The notes beneath the pieces were generated by a model. It was given only the letters and a program-made list of their open reading frames with translations, was not told where the DNA came from and made no database searches. A stretch of 64,000 nucleotides of DNA from Paragordius varius (Eukaryota; Animalia; Nematomorpha), in the NCBI GenBank assembly GCA_964247055.1, contig OZ176054.1, forward strand, positions 11,470,001 to 11,534,000, in the 5' to 3' direction. This document shows positions 42,865 to 54,700 of the stretch, in pieces. Within the stretch, counting starts at the first letter, position 1. The number at the start of each line of letters is the position of its first letter. A program made the position numbers and the translations under genes.

Positions 42865-43645
42865 TTTATTTTATCAAAAATTTATTTTTTTTTTCGTTAA
42901 ATGGGTATAATTATTTGGAAGAATGGAAAAACAAGAGTTCTATGGTATTAACACTTCGATTCAAATTGGGGTATCTAAATACCCCAGACTAAATTTAAAT
43001 TAATATTTTTAAAAAACTACTGAAGGAAACGGTGCCAATTTAAATTTATACTTCTATCCTTATATATATTATATAAATATGCCAAAATATCTTGATAAAA
43101 TTTTGTTTTGAAAAAAAAGCTCCATCTCAAACTACTTCGACGCCATTTTTATTTCACAAAATTTTTGCAAAATATCGTCTTTATTTAATTTTAAGGGTAA
43201 AATTAAAGCGAATTTTTTATATAAATTACATCTAACATTGATAGAAATAGAAAAAGCGGTTTAGTTTGCATAATTTTTCAATTTTACAATTTGACACATG
43301 CCACGTTGACGAAATTTTTACCTTTCGGTTTTAGCTTAAAATAAGTAATATCAAGTATTTTTGAATAAAAATTTTTTATATTTCGGTTTATTAATATTAG
43401 ATAAGTGCAAAATTTTGCCATGGTTTCGGTTCCTTCTATATTTTAAATAATTTAATTTTAAACAGGCCTGGGGTATCCAACTACCCCAATTTGAATCGAA
43501 GGACAAAAATGAGTGTGTTGTATCCAAGTGTTAACAATATCATATTCACCAAAAAAAATAAGAATACCATAGTCTTGTTTTTTCCATTCTTTACCAAATA
43601 TATATATACCCATTTAACAAAAAAATTTTTTTTTGATAAATTAAG
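42865..43645. mobile_element. ~780-bp MITE-like element with ~130-170 bp TIRs; related partial copy at about 29500-30000
   Basis: TTAAATGGGTATA..GAATGGAAAAACAAGA..TTCGATTCAAATTGGGGTA at 42897-42975 is mirrored at 43470-43620. 29540-29930 matches the reverse complement of the interior (GGCGTCGAAG..AAGATATTTTGGC). Confidence 0.6.
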
Positions 43646-43943
43646 GATATATGACTGTAATTGGGAGTGATGCCAATTTACAGCTCTATTTTTAATTTTA
43701 TTTTTTTATAATAATATAGTAGTATTTAGAAAAAAAATTTTTGTCTTTCAATATTTACACTTTGTCTATATAATTTTAATTTTTACTGTGTATAGCAACA
43801 AGACTTTTCATATGTTTTAACATTTATTATAATTGAATAATTCATAAAAAATGTAATACTATCACAAGCGTGTCAATATTAAGCTAAAAAGGTCTAAAAA
43901 TAAATGCGTTTATATATTTATATGTATGGTGTATATGAATTTG

Positions 43944-46900
43944 TCATTTTGAAACAAAATTGCTAAAATCAGTTTTAAGCGTAATAGTGGGCACGTTATT
44001 ATGTGTAGAATTAGTATTAGAAGCTACACCATTCGTTAAATGGTGAGTAGTTGAGGATGAATATAAAATAAATTTTTCGAAAGACACCTTTATATGTTCA
44101 TTGTTTTGTAAAATGTGCTTAAATATTTCATTGTATTGAGTCGCAAACAATGTTAAAATTTCGATTATTGCTTTTCGTATAGATTCAGTTTTGATTTGCC
44201 GATTATTATTATCAGCATCGTCATCATCAATTTTTGCAATAATTTTAAAGCAAAATGACGAGAGAAGGCATAAAAAGGTGGTAGATTGCGCTGGACTACA
44301 TCTCTTAAGACAGGAGATAAAATAAACAAAATAATCCTTTATTAGATGAATGTAGATATCATTAATTGCTTTCAATGGATGATTTACAATTGCGTCCATT
44401 TCTTTCAAGCATGAAGGTAGGATGGTTTGAATAAAGTAGAGAAAAATTTCTTTGGGCACAAAATCGATCTCGTTGAGTTTCGTTAAAAAGGATAAAATAA
44501 CGTTGAGAGTTTGTAGATGTGTTTTATTAGGAAACTCTTCAGTAGTGGCATTAGTTAAAGAGGAATTAATTAACTTAATATATTTATCAAATATGCCAAT
44601 TAATTCACGGGTAAAAAATGTACTACATTCACCCAAAGATTGAGATTCATGAAACATTTCACAAAGTGAAAACGTAAGGTGAAAAAATGGAATAATTGTT
44701 TGTAAGGGAGAAGAATCTGGGCTCTCATTTCCACCCTGATAAATTGTATTATATAAGGCTGCAACGATTACAATATATTTTTCTTGGTGGGAAAGATCGA
44801 TTTGAGTTTTATGAGTTGAAGCCGGGAAATTTAGATAGATACACTTAGCTATGGAAGATATACACATATTAGCTAGTGAATTAATTGATGAACGTATCGT
44901 TGTATATCGGTATAATTGATACAATTCATTCAGCGATATTATAAATATGGGCGATACATCATTTTCAACCTTAAAATTATTCAATAATATAAGTGTATCC
45001 ACTGCTTTTATAATTAATCGATACACATCGTGTTGGGACAATTTAGTTAGTTTTTGCTTGAAAATACGCTGTAATATGATTGAGATACCGATAATGACGT
45101 TTTTAAAGTCTGATGTTTCAATATCATAATCGCTCTTTTTGGTTATAGAAGTTATGAATGATTGAAGTATTACCAATACTTGAAAAATAACTTCATTTTT
45201 GTCTTCAAAAGCAAGAGTAAGTTTGTACGATATTTGAAGAATTTCCGACAAAATTTTGGGGTGATTAATAATTATAGGTGTCATAAAGTCCATGTTTAAA
45301 AGTAAATTGTTCAAAGAATCAAAGCATGCAAATAATTCACTTTTACGTAATTCAAGTGCATTATTGCACAGGGCATGTATCACAGTCCCCAAAACCAAAA
45401 AGGCTTCATCAAAGTTTACAGGCTGATGGATAAAGTACATGCTTAAAGCTCTACAAATTGATGCCCACATAGTACTATATTGTTCGTGTAGTCCTCCCCC
45501 TCCTCCTCCTAACGACTTTGTTAAAAGGGTTTCTGTCCCATTGTTGGGAGAAACAATTTTTTCAATAGAATGATGTTTAAGAAAATCGATCCAATTTGCG
45601 TATAAATATTTCAAATCTGATGTTTTGATTTCATAATCATTAATTGGATTTGTTTGTCGCGCGCTGGAAAAGTATATAAGAGAGTAGGCATGCAATATGG
45701 ATATTTTTTCCAATTTAGAAAACTTTACGTCCTCAGAATTTCTTAACGAATCAAAAAGTACTCTAAGGTTATTAGCAATGGTTTGGGGTATTGGATATGC
45801 ATTTGTTATACATTGACTGACCCATCGTCCACAAACATAACAAGCCATTGCTGTAATTAAGGCATTTTTCTTAGCAAACACATCGGTACTTTTATCGTTA
45901 CCATCGAATGTTGGCTTATCATCTAAAGGTATTGAAGATTTAAGAGATAAAGCGAAGGCTGGCTTTAAGCAAGCTCCTATTTGTGCCTCATATTGCTCAA
46001 GAATACAGTGATTTGACGAAAATTTGTCCCCTCGATCCTTTTGAATGTTGAATGCATTTTTATCAATGGTATCAACTGATTCATAAACGTTTTCAAAGCT
46101 TTCTAAAATAAGGGATAAAATTTTTAGACCCAGAACAGAAAGGGTAACACAAGTTTCAATATTGGTGACACATAGGAATGATATTCGCAATAATTCGTTT
46201 AAATGTTGGACAAGAAAATTTTGTGTAGTGCCAGATTTATGATTGACTGTATAATGTGGACCCTCATATTTATAATGATTATTGATGGTGGATATAATGA
46301 GAACGAGACATCGGGCACTTAATAACTTGGTGTCGATTGAAAATGGAACATTATTATTTAGCAATGTTGGACCCAATGTTATTTCCGAAAATTTGGAGTC
46401 TATATCATCATCAACTGTAGGGGACATAGATTCACCCATTTGTTGATTTTTGGAAAGGGGATCTAATTGTTTAGAGCCTAGAATGGTTTCAAAGGATGTT
46501 ATATAATCATTTAAATGGTTGTCAATCATGGTAATAGTTGTAACCATTTCATATATAATAAATTTAGATTCCGTTTTAACTATCATGTCCTCCTCTTGAT
46601 TTATATTGTACAAGAGATATTTTATAAAATTATTGTTATTTTCTTCGATATCACTGGATGCGTTTCTAAACCAAACTGATATTTTCGAATAATCCTTAAA
46701 GATTATTTGTTTAAGCAAGATGAGAATTTTGCGTCGTAACAAAGAGTATGAACTGTTATAATTATGTTTGCAACTAGAGAGTATATCATCTAATTGGAGC
46801 GGACTTGACTTAACATATATAAACAGATAATACATACATTCAAACGCTTCAAGTCGTATAAAATCATGATTATTATTGTTTAAAACATGACACAAAGTAC

Positions 46901-49900
46901 ATAAAAGCGATTTAAGGTAGCTAGTGTGAGTCAAGTTGTTATTTAATTCGGGTCCAACACACCCAGTTATGGCACTTATACAGCAGGCATAAGCCCAAGT
47001 TTCATAGGTAGGATCTGATGTGCTATTCAAAATACTTTGAGAGAAATTGAGCAACATAGGCTGTATTAAGTCTTTAATATCATCATAAACGCAGGACTCA
47101 ACAATAATTGCCAAACTTGTTAAGGACCAATATCGAATGTGCATGGAAACGGGATCAGACGATAAGGTAAGCAATAAGTTAATAGTAGTCTTAACCTCCA
47201 AATTTGATGCTTTGCCATTAGCTATGATACAAGCAAGTTCAATGATAAAAGCCGATCTTTGTGTTGGCTGAGTTGATTCTTTACAACCGTCAAAGGCAGT
47301 ATTAAATATATCTTTAGCATTTCTTTGCATTTTAACAATTTGGCCAATAAGCCTGGCCGACGAATAACGTAAAAATGGAGAAACCGAAGAAAATAATGAA
47401 TCCTTAGCAAATTTTACCAAAAGTTTATATTCCTCTTCTGATGCCAGATACTTGCTTGCTCTGCAACCGTACAAAGAATAGATAAGATTTAACCTCGATA
47501 TAAAATAAGGGTCATATCCAAAAACATCTTTTACATTTTTGAGTAAATGATTACACTTATTTTCTTCAATCTGTTCCCCAATCTTGATTAATGTTAGGTC
47601 AAAATGTTTTAATATTTGTAGCTTATGTTTATCTATGATATAAGGATAAATGTGTTGGAAACATTCGATTGCAGCTGACAACAGTCTTTGAGATATTGAA
47701 TGTGAAGTGCTATATACCCAAGGTTCCAATAAAATTTTTTCAAACTCGTTATCTTCCTTAACATGGGTCAACCAATGATTGGCCAAAAGATTTAAGGGAG
47801 ATGTTTTCTCATTTGTAAAATCTAAAGATGTTTGACCCAAATCATCATTTATTTTTTGATCATTTTCATTGGCATAAATAGGGCCTTTTAGATGCGTTTG
47901 GTCATACGAGTAAGTCACTAAGGGGAGACAACTATCATGTATAACGGTATTACAGTTGTTATTAGGAATACTAATTAAGGTAATTGGCAATAAGGCACTA
48001 ATTTCTCTTATATAAATATAATCTGTATCAATTGACTCAACCCCATTACATTTGGCTATGTTTGGAGATATGAGTAATTTTATAAGTGAATCAGGAGATT
48101 GGGTTATTTCAATAATGAGTTCACGAATCAGTATATTATATTGGTTATCCAGTGTTGAAGGGCGTAAACAAGTTAAGATTTTGAAAAACAATGTTTTTGC
48201 CTTAACAATCATGCATTTGTGTTGGAAATTATTAGACATTAGAATTTCACCGATGTTAGCAAAGGATTTTAAGACAAAACCTAACAATTCTTTAAAATCT
48301 TTTTCATTATCTACAAAACATTGCTTATCATATTTTAAACAGACATAGTGTAGATGAGACAATGCACCATTGAAATTTATTATAACTAACGGTTCTAGGG
48401 GTCCTTGCTTTTTTTCAATGGTAAGCGCCATATTCCAATATTTACGCATATCTTTAATTAAATCTTTGAAGTAAGTAAGATGCACCAAGCAATTAGCGAT
48501 TTTCCAGGATACTTCACTGTAATTTTCTGTTTCGATGCTTTTGGTAGCAAACGATACGTTTAATGCAATGAAAAGATTGAAAACCTTGTCATATGTCAAA
48601 TACACTTGATTTGGATAAAGTTCAACCGTGCTTTTATACAATGAACAAAGATGTACCATCGCCCTTGCATATGCGTGAACATACGTGGTAAGCGTCCCTG
48701 TTGTTGCATGATTGGACAAATTTTGTGATTTTAAAACTGACCAAAAGTACTTGAGATAATCGATTAACAGAATTGAACCCGGACCTAGGGCTTGAAAGAG
48801 TTGACATTGGCAATCAAAAGCAGACTTTCGAATGGCTGAAAATGGCATTCTCTGACCCCTTATCCATATATGATTTTCTATCGTTTGATTCATGGTGGTA
48901 ATAGTGTTAAGGATAGCTGGTCCGATTCTCTCTATAAGTAATGTTAAAGTTTGAAACATCAAAACTATGGTATCTATGATGCCTAAAAAATTTTCACAGC
49001 TGCAGATATCTTTGTTGATCCCGACCAGCTTTTTGGTTAACATAGAATGCACAATGTTAAAACAAACGTTTAAATCACATAAATCTTGGATTAAATGTTT
49101 GCAAACATTACGCATGATAGTTAAACCTATTTGTTGATGAAAAGCATAAAGCGTAGGAACGACGGCTCTTGTTTTAATATACGATGAGTTATTGTCTAAA
49201 AGACAAAAATGTTGAATTACGAAATCGAAAAGGTGATAAAAGTAGGTTACATAATAACTCACTCCTTCTGCATCTTCCAAAAAGTTTTTCACATTTTTAT
49301 GATTGGTAGAAGCAGTTGGCAAAATCAAATGAGGTTTTTTGCTCAATAGCAGCTTCATAAACTCCAAAAGTGCATATGATACACCTATTAGGGTTGTTTT
49401 ATAAACCGTAAAGGTGGACTGAATATAATTCAGAGGGTTATTATATTTTGAGTTGGCAGCGTCGCCACCAACCTTAAAAAGTGGCACCAATGTAAAATTC
49501 GTCAAATTTTCCACTTTAGAATTGATATTAGTGAGTTTTGTCAAACAGGGCTTAAATATGGTCAAAAATCCGGATGAAATAGTTTGAGGTTTCCATTTCA
49601 CGGAATTTTCTTGAATCATATCCTTGTCTGGAAATACCGTTTTAAACACTAAAAATGCAATTAATTTGGAGGTAGCTTTACGAACAAAGTAATCGGCATA
49701 ATCAAACAACTTATAACAATGATTCAATATTAGATCAAAATCATTCATTATAGTGCATCCAACCTTGGGGACATTTAGAGACAATAATATTATCTGCGCA
49801 GAAAGTATTTGTAAGGATGGGTAAAACCCTTTTTCTTTGTCCGTGTTGTTAAAAATATTATTCTTAAAAACTATAAATTTATAAACATCCAAGTATAATT

Positions 49901-50525
49901 GTGGTTTTATATCTGAAGAATTGAGGAATAGAGTTTCAAACACTTGAAGTATTGCATGTAAAAACGCTTCTTTTTCGGAGCCATCTTTTTCCAATAACTT
50001 TTTATTGATAGGACTTTGGCTTAATAAGGAAGATATATTTTTAGATAGCTTGATACATGTGCCCATCAGTTCTTCTAAATTGGTCGTTGATATTTTTACA
50101 GTAGTAATTAACTTAGATAAAACATTAAGGGTGAATAATTTAGCCATAAAAGGATTGTATAAATCATTTAGCGATTTTAATTCTTGTTGCGCATTGAATG
50201 GATATTCATTGGTAGCTTTAAGTAGAATCATAGATTTATTAAAAAAATCCAAAACCAAAAATGAATCTTCACATATCCTAAATAGATTGGCTAAACGATT
50301 GGTTATTGCCATATTAATTATCTTTCCGTTAAAAACGCCAGTAAATATAATTTGACATATCTGTCCATATAATTTGGTTTGATTCAGTTTTATATCAGAT
50401 TTATCCATGGTATATATAATTTTATCGAAAAATTTCGTCCATTCATAAATATATATTGGTTTTCGATCAACATTCAATCCAATAAGAATGGATTCATTAA
50501 GAAATAGGCTTTGACAATATTCCAT
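43944..50525 (-). CDS. HEATR5B: HEAT repeat-containing protein 5 (HEATR5A/B, Laa1-like), 2193 aa, single exon
   Basis: Uninterrupted 6582-nt ORF. N-terminus MEYCQSLFLNE..RKPIYIYEWTKFFDK matches HEATR5B MELAHSLLLNE..KRPVFIFEWLRFLDK. Internal matches include ILEQYEAQIGACLKPAF and AITGCVGPEL. Confidence 0.93.
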   Translation of the reverse strand: MEYCQSLFLNESILIGLNVDRKPIYIYEWTKFFDKIIYTMDKSDIKLNQTKLYGQICQIIFTGVFNGKIINMAITNRLANLFRICEDSFLVLDFFNKSMILLKATNEYPFNAQQELKSLNDLYNPFMAKLFTLNVLSKLITTVKISTTNLEELMGTCIKLSKNISSLLSQSPINKKLLEKDGSEKEAFLHAILQVFETLFLNSSDIKPQLYLDVYKFIVFKNNIFNNTDKEKGFYPSLQILSAQIILLSLNVPKVGCTIMNDFDLILNHCYKLFDYADYFVRKATSKLIAFLVFKTVFPDKDMIQENSVKWKPQTISSGFLTIFKPCLTKLTNINSKVENLTNFTLVPLFKVGGDAANSKYNNPLNYIQSTFTVYKTTLIGVSYALLEFMKLLLSKKPHLILPTASTNHKNVKNFLEDAEGVSYYVTYFYHLFDFVIQHFCLLDNNSSYIKTRAVVPTLYAFHQQIGLTIMRNVCKHLIQDLCDLNVCFNIVHSMLTKKLVGINKDICSCENFLGIIDTIVLMFQTLTLLIERIGPAILNTITTMNQTIENHIWIRGQRMPFSAIRKSAFDCQCQLFQALGPGSILLIDYLKYFWSVLKSQNLSNHATTGTLTTYVHAYARAMVHLCSLYKSTVELYPNQVYLTYDKVFNLFIALNVSFATKSIETENYSEVSWKIANCLVHLTYFKDLIKDMRKYWNMALTIEKKQGPLEPLVIINFNGALSHLHYVCLKYDKQCFVDNEKDFKELLGFVLKSFANIGEILMSNNFQHKCMIVKAKTLFFKILTCLRPSTLDNQYNILIRELIIEITQSPDSLIKLLISPNIAKCNGVESIDTDYIYIREISALLPITLISIPNNNCNTVIHDSCLPLVTYSYDQTHLKGPIYANENDQKINDDLGQTSLDFTNEKTSPLNLLANHWLTHVKEDNEFEKILLEPWVYSTSHSISQRLLSAAIECFQHIYPYIIDKHKLQILKHFDLTLIKIGEQIEENKCNHLLKNVKDVFGYDPYFISRLNLIYSLYGCRASKYLASEEEYKLLVKFAKDSLFSSVSPFLRYSSARLIGQIVKMQRNAKDIFNTAFDGCKESTQPTQRSAFIIELACIIANGKASNLEVKTTINLLLTLSSDPVSMHIRYWSLTSLAIIVESCVYDDIKDLIQPMLLNFSQSILNSTSDPTYETWAYACCISAITGCVGPELNNNLTHTSYLKSLLCTLCHVLNNNNHDFIRLEAFECMYYLFIYVKSSPLQLDDILSSCKHNYNSSYSLLRRKILILLKQIIFKDYSKISVWFRNASSDIEENNNNFIKYLLYNINQEEDMIVKTESKFIIYEMVTTITMIDNHLNDYITSFETILGSKQLDPLSKNQQMGESMSPTVDDDIDSKFSEITLGPTLLNNNVPFSIDTKLLSARCLVLIISTINNHYKYEGPHYTVNHKSGTTQNFLVQHLNELLRISFLCVTNIETCVTLSVLGLKILSLILESFENVYESVDTIDKNAFNIQKDRGDKFSSNHCILEQYEAQIGACLKPAFALSLKSSIPLDDKPTFDGNDKSTDVFAKKNALITAMACYVCGRWVSQCITNAYPIPQTIANNLRVLFDSLRNSEDVKFSKLEKISILHAYSLIYFSSARQTNPINDYEIKTSDLKYLYANWIDFLKHHSIEKIVSPNNGTETLLTKSLGGGGGGLHEQYSTMWASICRALSMYFIHQPVNFDEAFLVLGTVIHALCNNALELRKSELFACFDSLNNLLLNMDFMTPIIINHPKILSEILQISYKLTLAFEDKNEVIFQVLVILQSFITSITKKSDYDIETSDFKNVIIGISIILQRIFKQKLTKLSQHDVYRLIIKAVDTLILLNNFKVENDVSPIFIISLNELYQLYRYTTIRSSINSLANMCISSIAKCIYLNFPASTHKTQIDLSHQEKYIVIVAALYNTIYQGGNESPDSSPLQTIIPFFHLTFSLCEMFHESQSLGECSTFFTRELIGIFDKYIKLINSSLTNATTEEFPNKTHLQTLNVILSFLTKLNEIDFVPKEIFLYFIQTILPSCLKEMDAIVNHPLKAINDIYIHLIKDYFVYFISCLKRCSPAQSTTFLCLLSSFCFKIIAKIDDDDADNNNRQIKTESIRKAIIEILTLFATQYNEIFKHILQNNEHIKVSFEKFILYSSSTTHHLTNGVASNTNSTHNNVPTITLKTDFSNFVSK

Positions 50526-50593
50526 TTTTATCGAGGTTTAAAAAGCTATCTCTAAGCACGCTGATGAAAACAAGCAAGAGTTAAGAACTGCTG
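50526..50593. promoter_or_regulatory. 68-bp divergent (putative bidirectional) intergenic region between HEATR5 and TXN2
   Basis: Lies between the HEATR5 ATG (50525, minus) and the TXN2 ATG (50594, plus). No TSS data available. Confidence 0.6.
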
Positions 50594-51022
50594 ATGTTAA
50601 AAAATATTATAGCGTTTGGACCTACGATAACAAAACGATTTTTTGTTAAAAATGTTCAATCCGTTGAAAACTTCCGTGAAATCATAAAAGATAAAACTCC
50701 TGTAGTTGTGGATTTCTATGCCGAGTATAAATTATGCTTGTTAATAGAAAGTTGGTGTGGCCCTTGTAAAATTCTTGGACCTAGATTGGAGCAGGAGATA
50801 GGAAAACATAAAGAAAAGGTTATAATGGCCAAGGTTAATATTGATGAGTTATCTGATTTAGCCGATGAACATAATGTAGGGAATACTTTTATATTTTAGA
50901 TTGTAAATGTACCAACAGTAATTGCTTATAAAAATGGCAAAAAAATTGATACCTTTTCTGGATCCCAAGATGAAAGCTTTATTAAATCATTCGTGGAAAA
51001 GCTAATTAATGGGCCACATTGA
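50594..51022 (+). CDS. TXN2: Mitochondrial-type thioredoxin (3 exons)
   Basis: Exons 50594-50724, 50752-50875 and 50900-51022 give a basic presequence, VVVDFYADWCGPCKIL and NVPTVIAYKNGKKIDTFSG. Introns are 27 and 24 nt. Confidence 0.9.
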
Positions 51023-51780
51023 TTAGATAATTTTTGACTTTTTTATATTCTGTAAATATTTTATGCCCTAATTCAATCAACAATTTTTTATATCAAATTT
51101 TAAAATATATGCTAGTTATTATTTAAATTTTGACAAAGTTTTATTTGTATACGGTTGCTTTGGGGCATTTAAACATGCATCGCAGATTTCAAATTTAATG
51201 AATTATGCGAAATTTGGAAAATAACAGTTAAAATTAACCATCGTTTTTATCATTCCACATTGTTGCAATCGTTGTAGTTAGAAATAAACTTTTCTAAAAA
51301 AATTATTATGCCATCTTATAATAGACTTAGCAATATCCTATTCTTTCTATTGACCGACGTTGTCAATTTTCTTGCTTTATTTTAGCCCCAATTACGCGAT
51401 ATTCTTACGACGTTTGCTTACTAAGATCTTTGCTTAATAGAATATTACTATAAATAATTCGAAAACTTTTAAGATAAGTCCAAACATTCTGCCTTTGGTG
51501 TTCAGTAAAAATAAATTTTAAATTTTTACTTTAACTGATGCATTATCCCTGATTTTTTGTTTAAGATAGAAGGTTTTTAACTCTCGAATGACTTAAAATT
51601 TAAATATCTATTTTTATATTTCTTATCGTAAATGTTATAAATAGACATATACATATTATACAACTATAAACACAATGACAATTAAAATTAGGATTTATGT
51701 ATCATTAAAATTTGGTTTAAAATAATATCCACATAATTAGTTAGTTTATAATATCCATTATATAATTTTGCCTTTTTTCT

Positions 51781-54700
51781 TCACCACCTGTCCTTGATAA
51801 TTTCTCCATCAACATTATTGTGTAATTTTTTATTAGATGGCTCATTTTTTGGATCGGAAGCATTAGTATTATCACCATTTATTTTGTTTTGATGTTCATG
51901 TGATAATTGAGCTTGCCAGAGCCTATATATATATATATATATATCATAAATTAAATTGGGCATCTTAAGTTAAAACTTTGTTAAAATTTCCATTTTTTAT
52001 ATTTCTGACATTCTTTAGTATGTGCAAAAATATATTGACATTTCATATAAGTTAATTTTTTGTTGTAAAAATAAAATGTTTATATGATGCAAAGTATCAA
52101 ACCATTATTTATAAAAGTCCTATTTTAATCCAAGCGTTTTTTTGATTACATATAAAAATGCAGAAATTTATTTTAAAAATCAATCTTTCGCAGTAACAAC
52201 ACAAAAACATATTGAAATTATAAAAAGTCCTTAACCAAATAAGTCATAGAATATAATTAAGACTACTTTTCGTTATAATATAATAGTAACACTAAAAAAT
52301 CTAAAAACTTAGAAATTCGATATTACTTTTCAATATTTATTACAATACTGTATAAAATATACCGATAATAATAATTTAAATCATCATGATTTTGATTTTG
52401 TTCTGTCGCGTTTTGCATTAATGCTTGTTGAGCTTGACGTATCAAACTGCCATGTGTTCCACGCTGTACTATATGTCCAGCACTATTCATAACCAAAATT
52501 TCATCACTATCCATAACAGTTCCTAGTCTATGTGCTATAACGAGTGAAGTCCTACCTTTGGTTGCCGCTTTAAGTGATGCTTGAATATGCTAATTTTGAA
52601 ATTATTCACAAAAAAAGATAAAATTGTCAAATCTGTTATTGTGTGGAACAAACGGGGTGCATAAATATTTTTTTTTGCAAAAAAATGATTATAAATTCAA
52701 ATATTTTATCAACGCTTAGGGGTTAGCATACAAATACAAAAGGTATTTTATTTCAGTGCGGAAAAAATAGTTTTCCTTATTATGACATAGGGAAAATCAG
52801 TAAAAACGAACGGCTATTCATGACTCTAAAAATGTGTATCGTTTCGAAATTAATATTTTTCATTTTGTTTTTTGAGGGATTTATATTATAACATTAAAAA
52901 AATATTTAAATTTCTAACGATGTGGATGATCAATATATAGAGTAAAAATTATACACACAAAACGTAACAATTAAAAGACAAACAATTATTAAATAGACAA
53001 GACTTTTTTTTAACCTTGATTTTATCATATAACTTATTGTTTTTAGTCGCGAAATGGGGATTAGAAATGTAGATGGATTAAAGATCAAAATAATTTTGTA
53101 ATGAAGTTTTTATATAAGAAAAATTAAGTTGTAAAAAGCATGGTTGTCTTAAATAAATTATTTGTCTATTTTTACGCGTAATGCATGTATAATTTCAACT
53201 TTTGTGCAAATATTATTCGAGTCAAGCAAAATATAAATTTATAATTTTTTATGCGATTTTATTTCTAAATATTGGCCGATATTCCCTTTTTTAATAAAGG
53301 CAAGGGCTAATTTAGATTTTCGTTTTTCCGCACAAACAAAAATAACGTCTTTTAAAATATTAGCCCACAATATATTATTTAATCGTAAAACTCGTTTGTG
53401 CCATTTTTTCATTCATCCACTGACCAATGGTAGAGATCTTTTCGGGTTTTTTAAAACTTCCTTTAAAACCGTTATATGTAAAACTTTAATAAAAATATAA
53501 AATAACTACATAAATATGTCAATAATTTAATCCTGCGTTCTGTAATTATTAATTTTTGAAAAATATTGATAAAAAACTTTTTCCGTTATTGCATCCAGGG
53601 ATGATGTGGCTTCATCAAACAAAAATATGGAAGGATTTTTGAGTATTACCCTGGCAATTGCTATGCGTTGCTTTTCACCACCTAAGACCATATAATAATT
53701 TAAATTAACATAATATTTATGAGAAAGAATATCTAATTATTGTAGGTCATTCCTGTTAAATATAATAAAATATGTAAAGTTTAGGCGTAAAATATTATAA
53801 AAATCATCAAAGTTAAAATATTATTTGTCTAAAGATCTGCAAGTTAATAAAAGATGTCAAGTTTTTTCGCGTCAATTCTAATTATAAAAACTCAATATAT
53901 ATTATATATACAAGATTGTTAAAAATGGCATTAGACTATCAAATCCATATACAATCCCACTGTTGGGTCCATATAAAACAATGAGTTTTTACAATATGAT
54001 TGATATTATAAAAATTTGGTCTTAATATTTTCAGAAAAAAAATTTACACATTTAAGTCCACATATTCACCCCTTATCTCTCCCTAAAAACTTTAAAATCA
54101 AAATCAATCGGAAATGAATAGAAAAAAAACCTGATAACTTTAGCCCACGTTCACCCACGATAGTTTTGTATTGTTTTGGCATTTGTAAAATACTTTCATG
54201 TATTTGAGCAATTTGAGATGCTTCATAAACCCTTTCTAACGGGGCGGATAAATCACCATACCAAATGTTGTGTAATATAGTATCGTGAAACAGGATTGTA
54301 TCCTTTTTTCCCGGAAATTAATGTAGTTTTAAATAATTTGAATTTGAGATAAATTTTAAATACAAATAAGTCAAACATTTGTGAAAACTTATAAAAAAAT
54401 TAATAGTATAATATAAAAAGATTTCGTTAATCATTGAAGCGTAAAAAAATTCTCATAAAACTTTAAGATATAAAAATTCAACGAATGGGTATCTTGAGGT
54501 TAAAAAAGGCGCACAATATTATATCAATGCTGTTTTGAGATTCAATTATATATTTTATTGGATATTAAATATGAAAAAAAGTTGTTTTAACATTTTTCCA
54601 CAAAAAAAAGATAGTGATTCTCATATAAAGTGTCTAAAAATAAAACAAGATTCAAGTGTATTTAATAAATTTATAAAAAAAATTAATATATATCTATAAA

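Noticed and set aside
44452-50355. Antisense ORFs overlapping HEATR5 (60-116 aa)
   Set aside because: They are short shadows of the long opposite-strand ORF, several start at non-ATG codons, and none has recognisable motifs.
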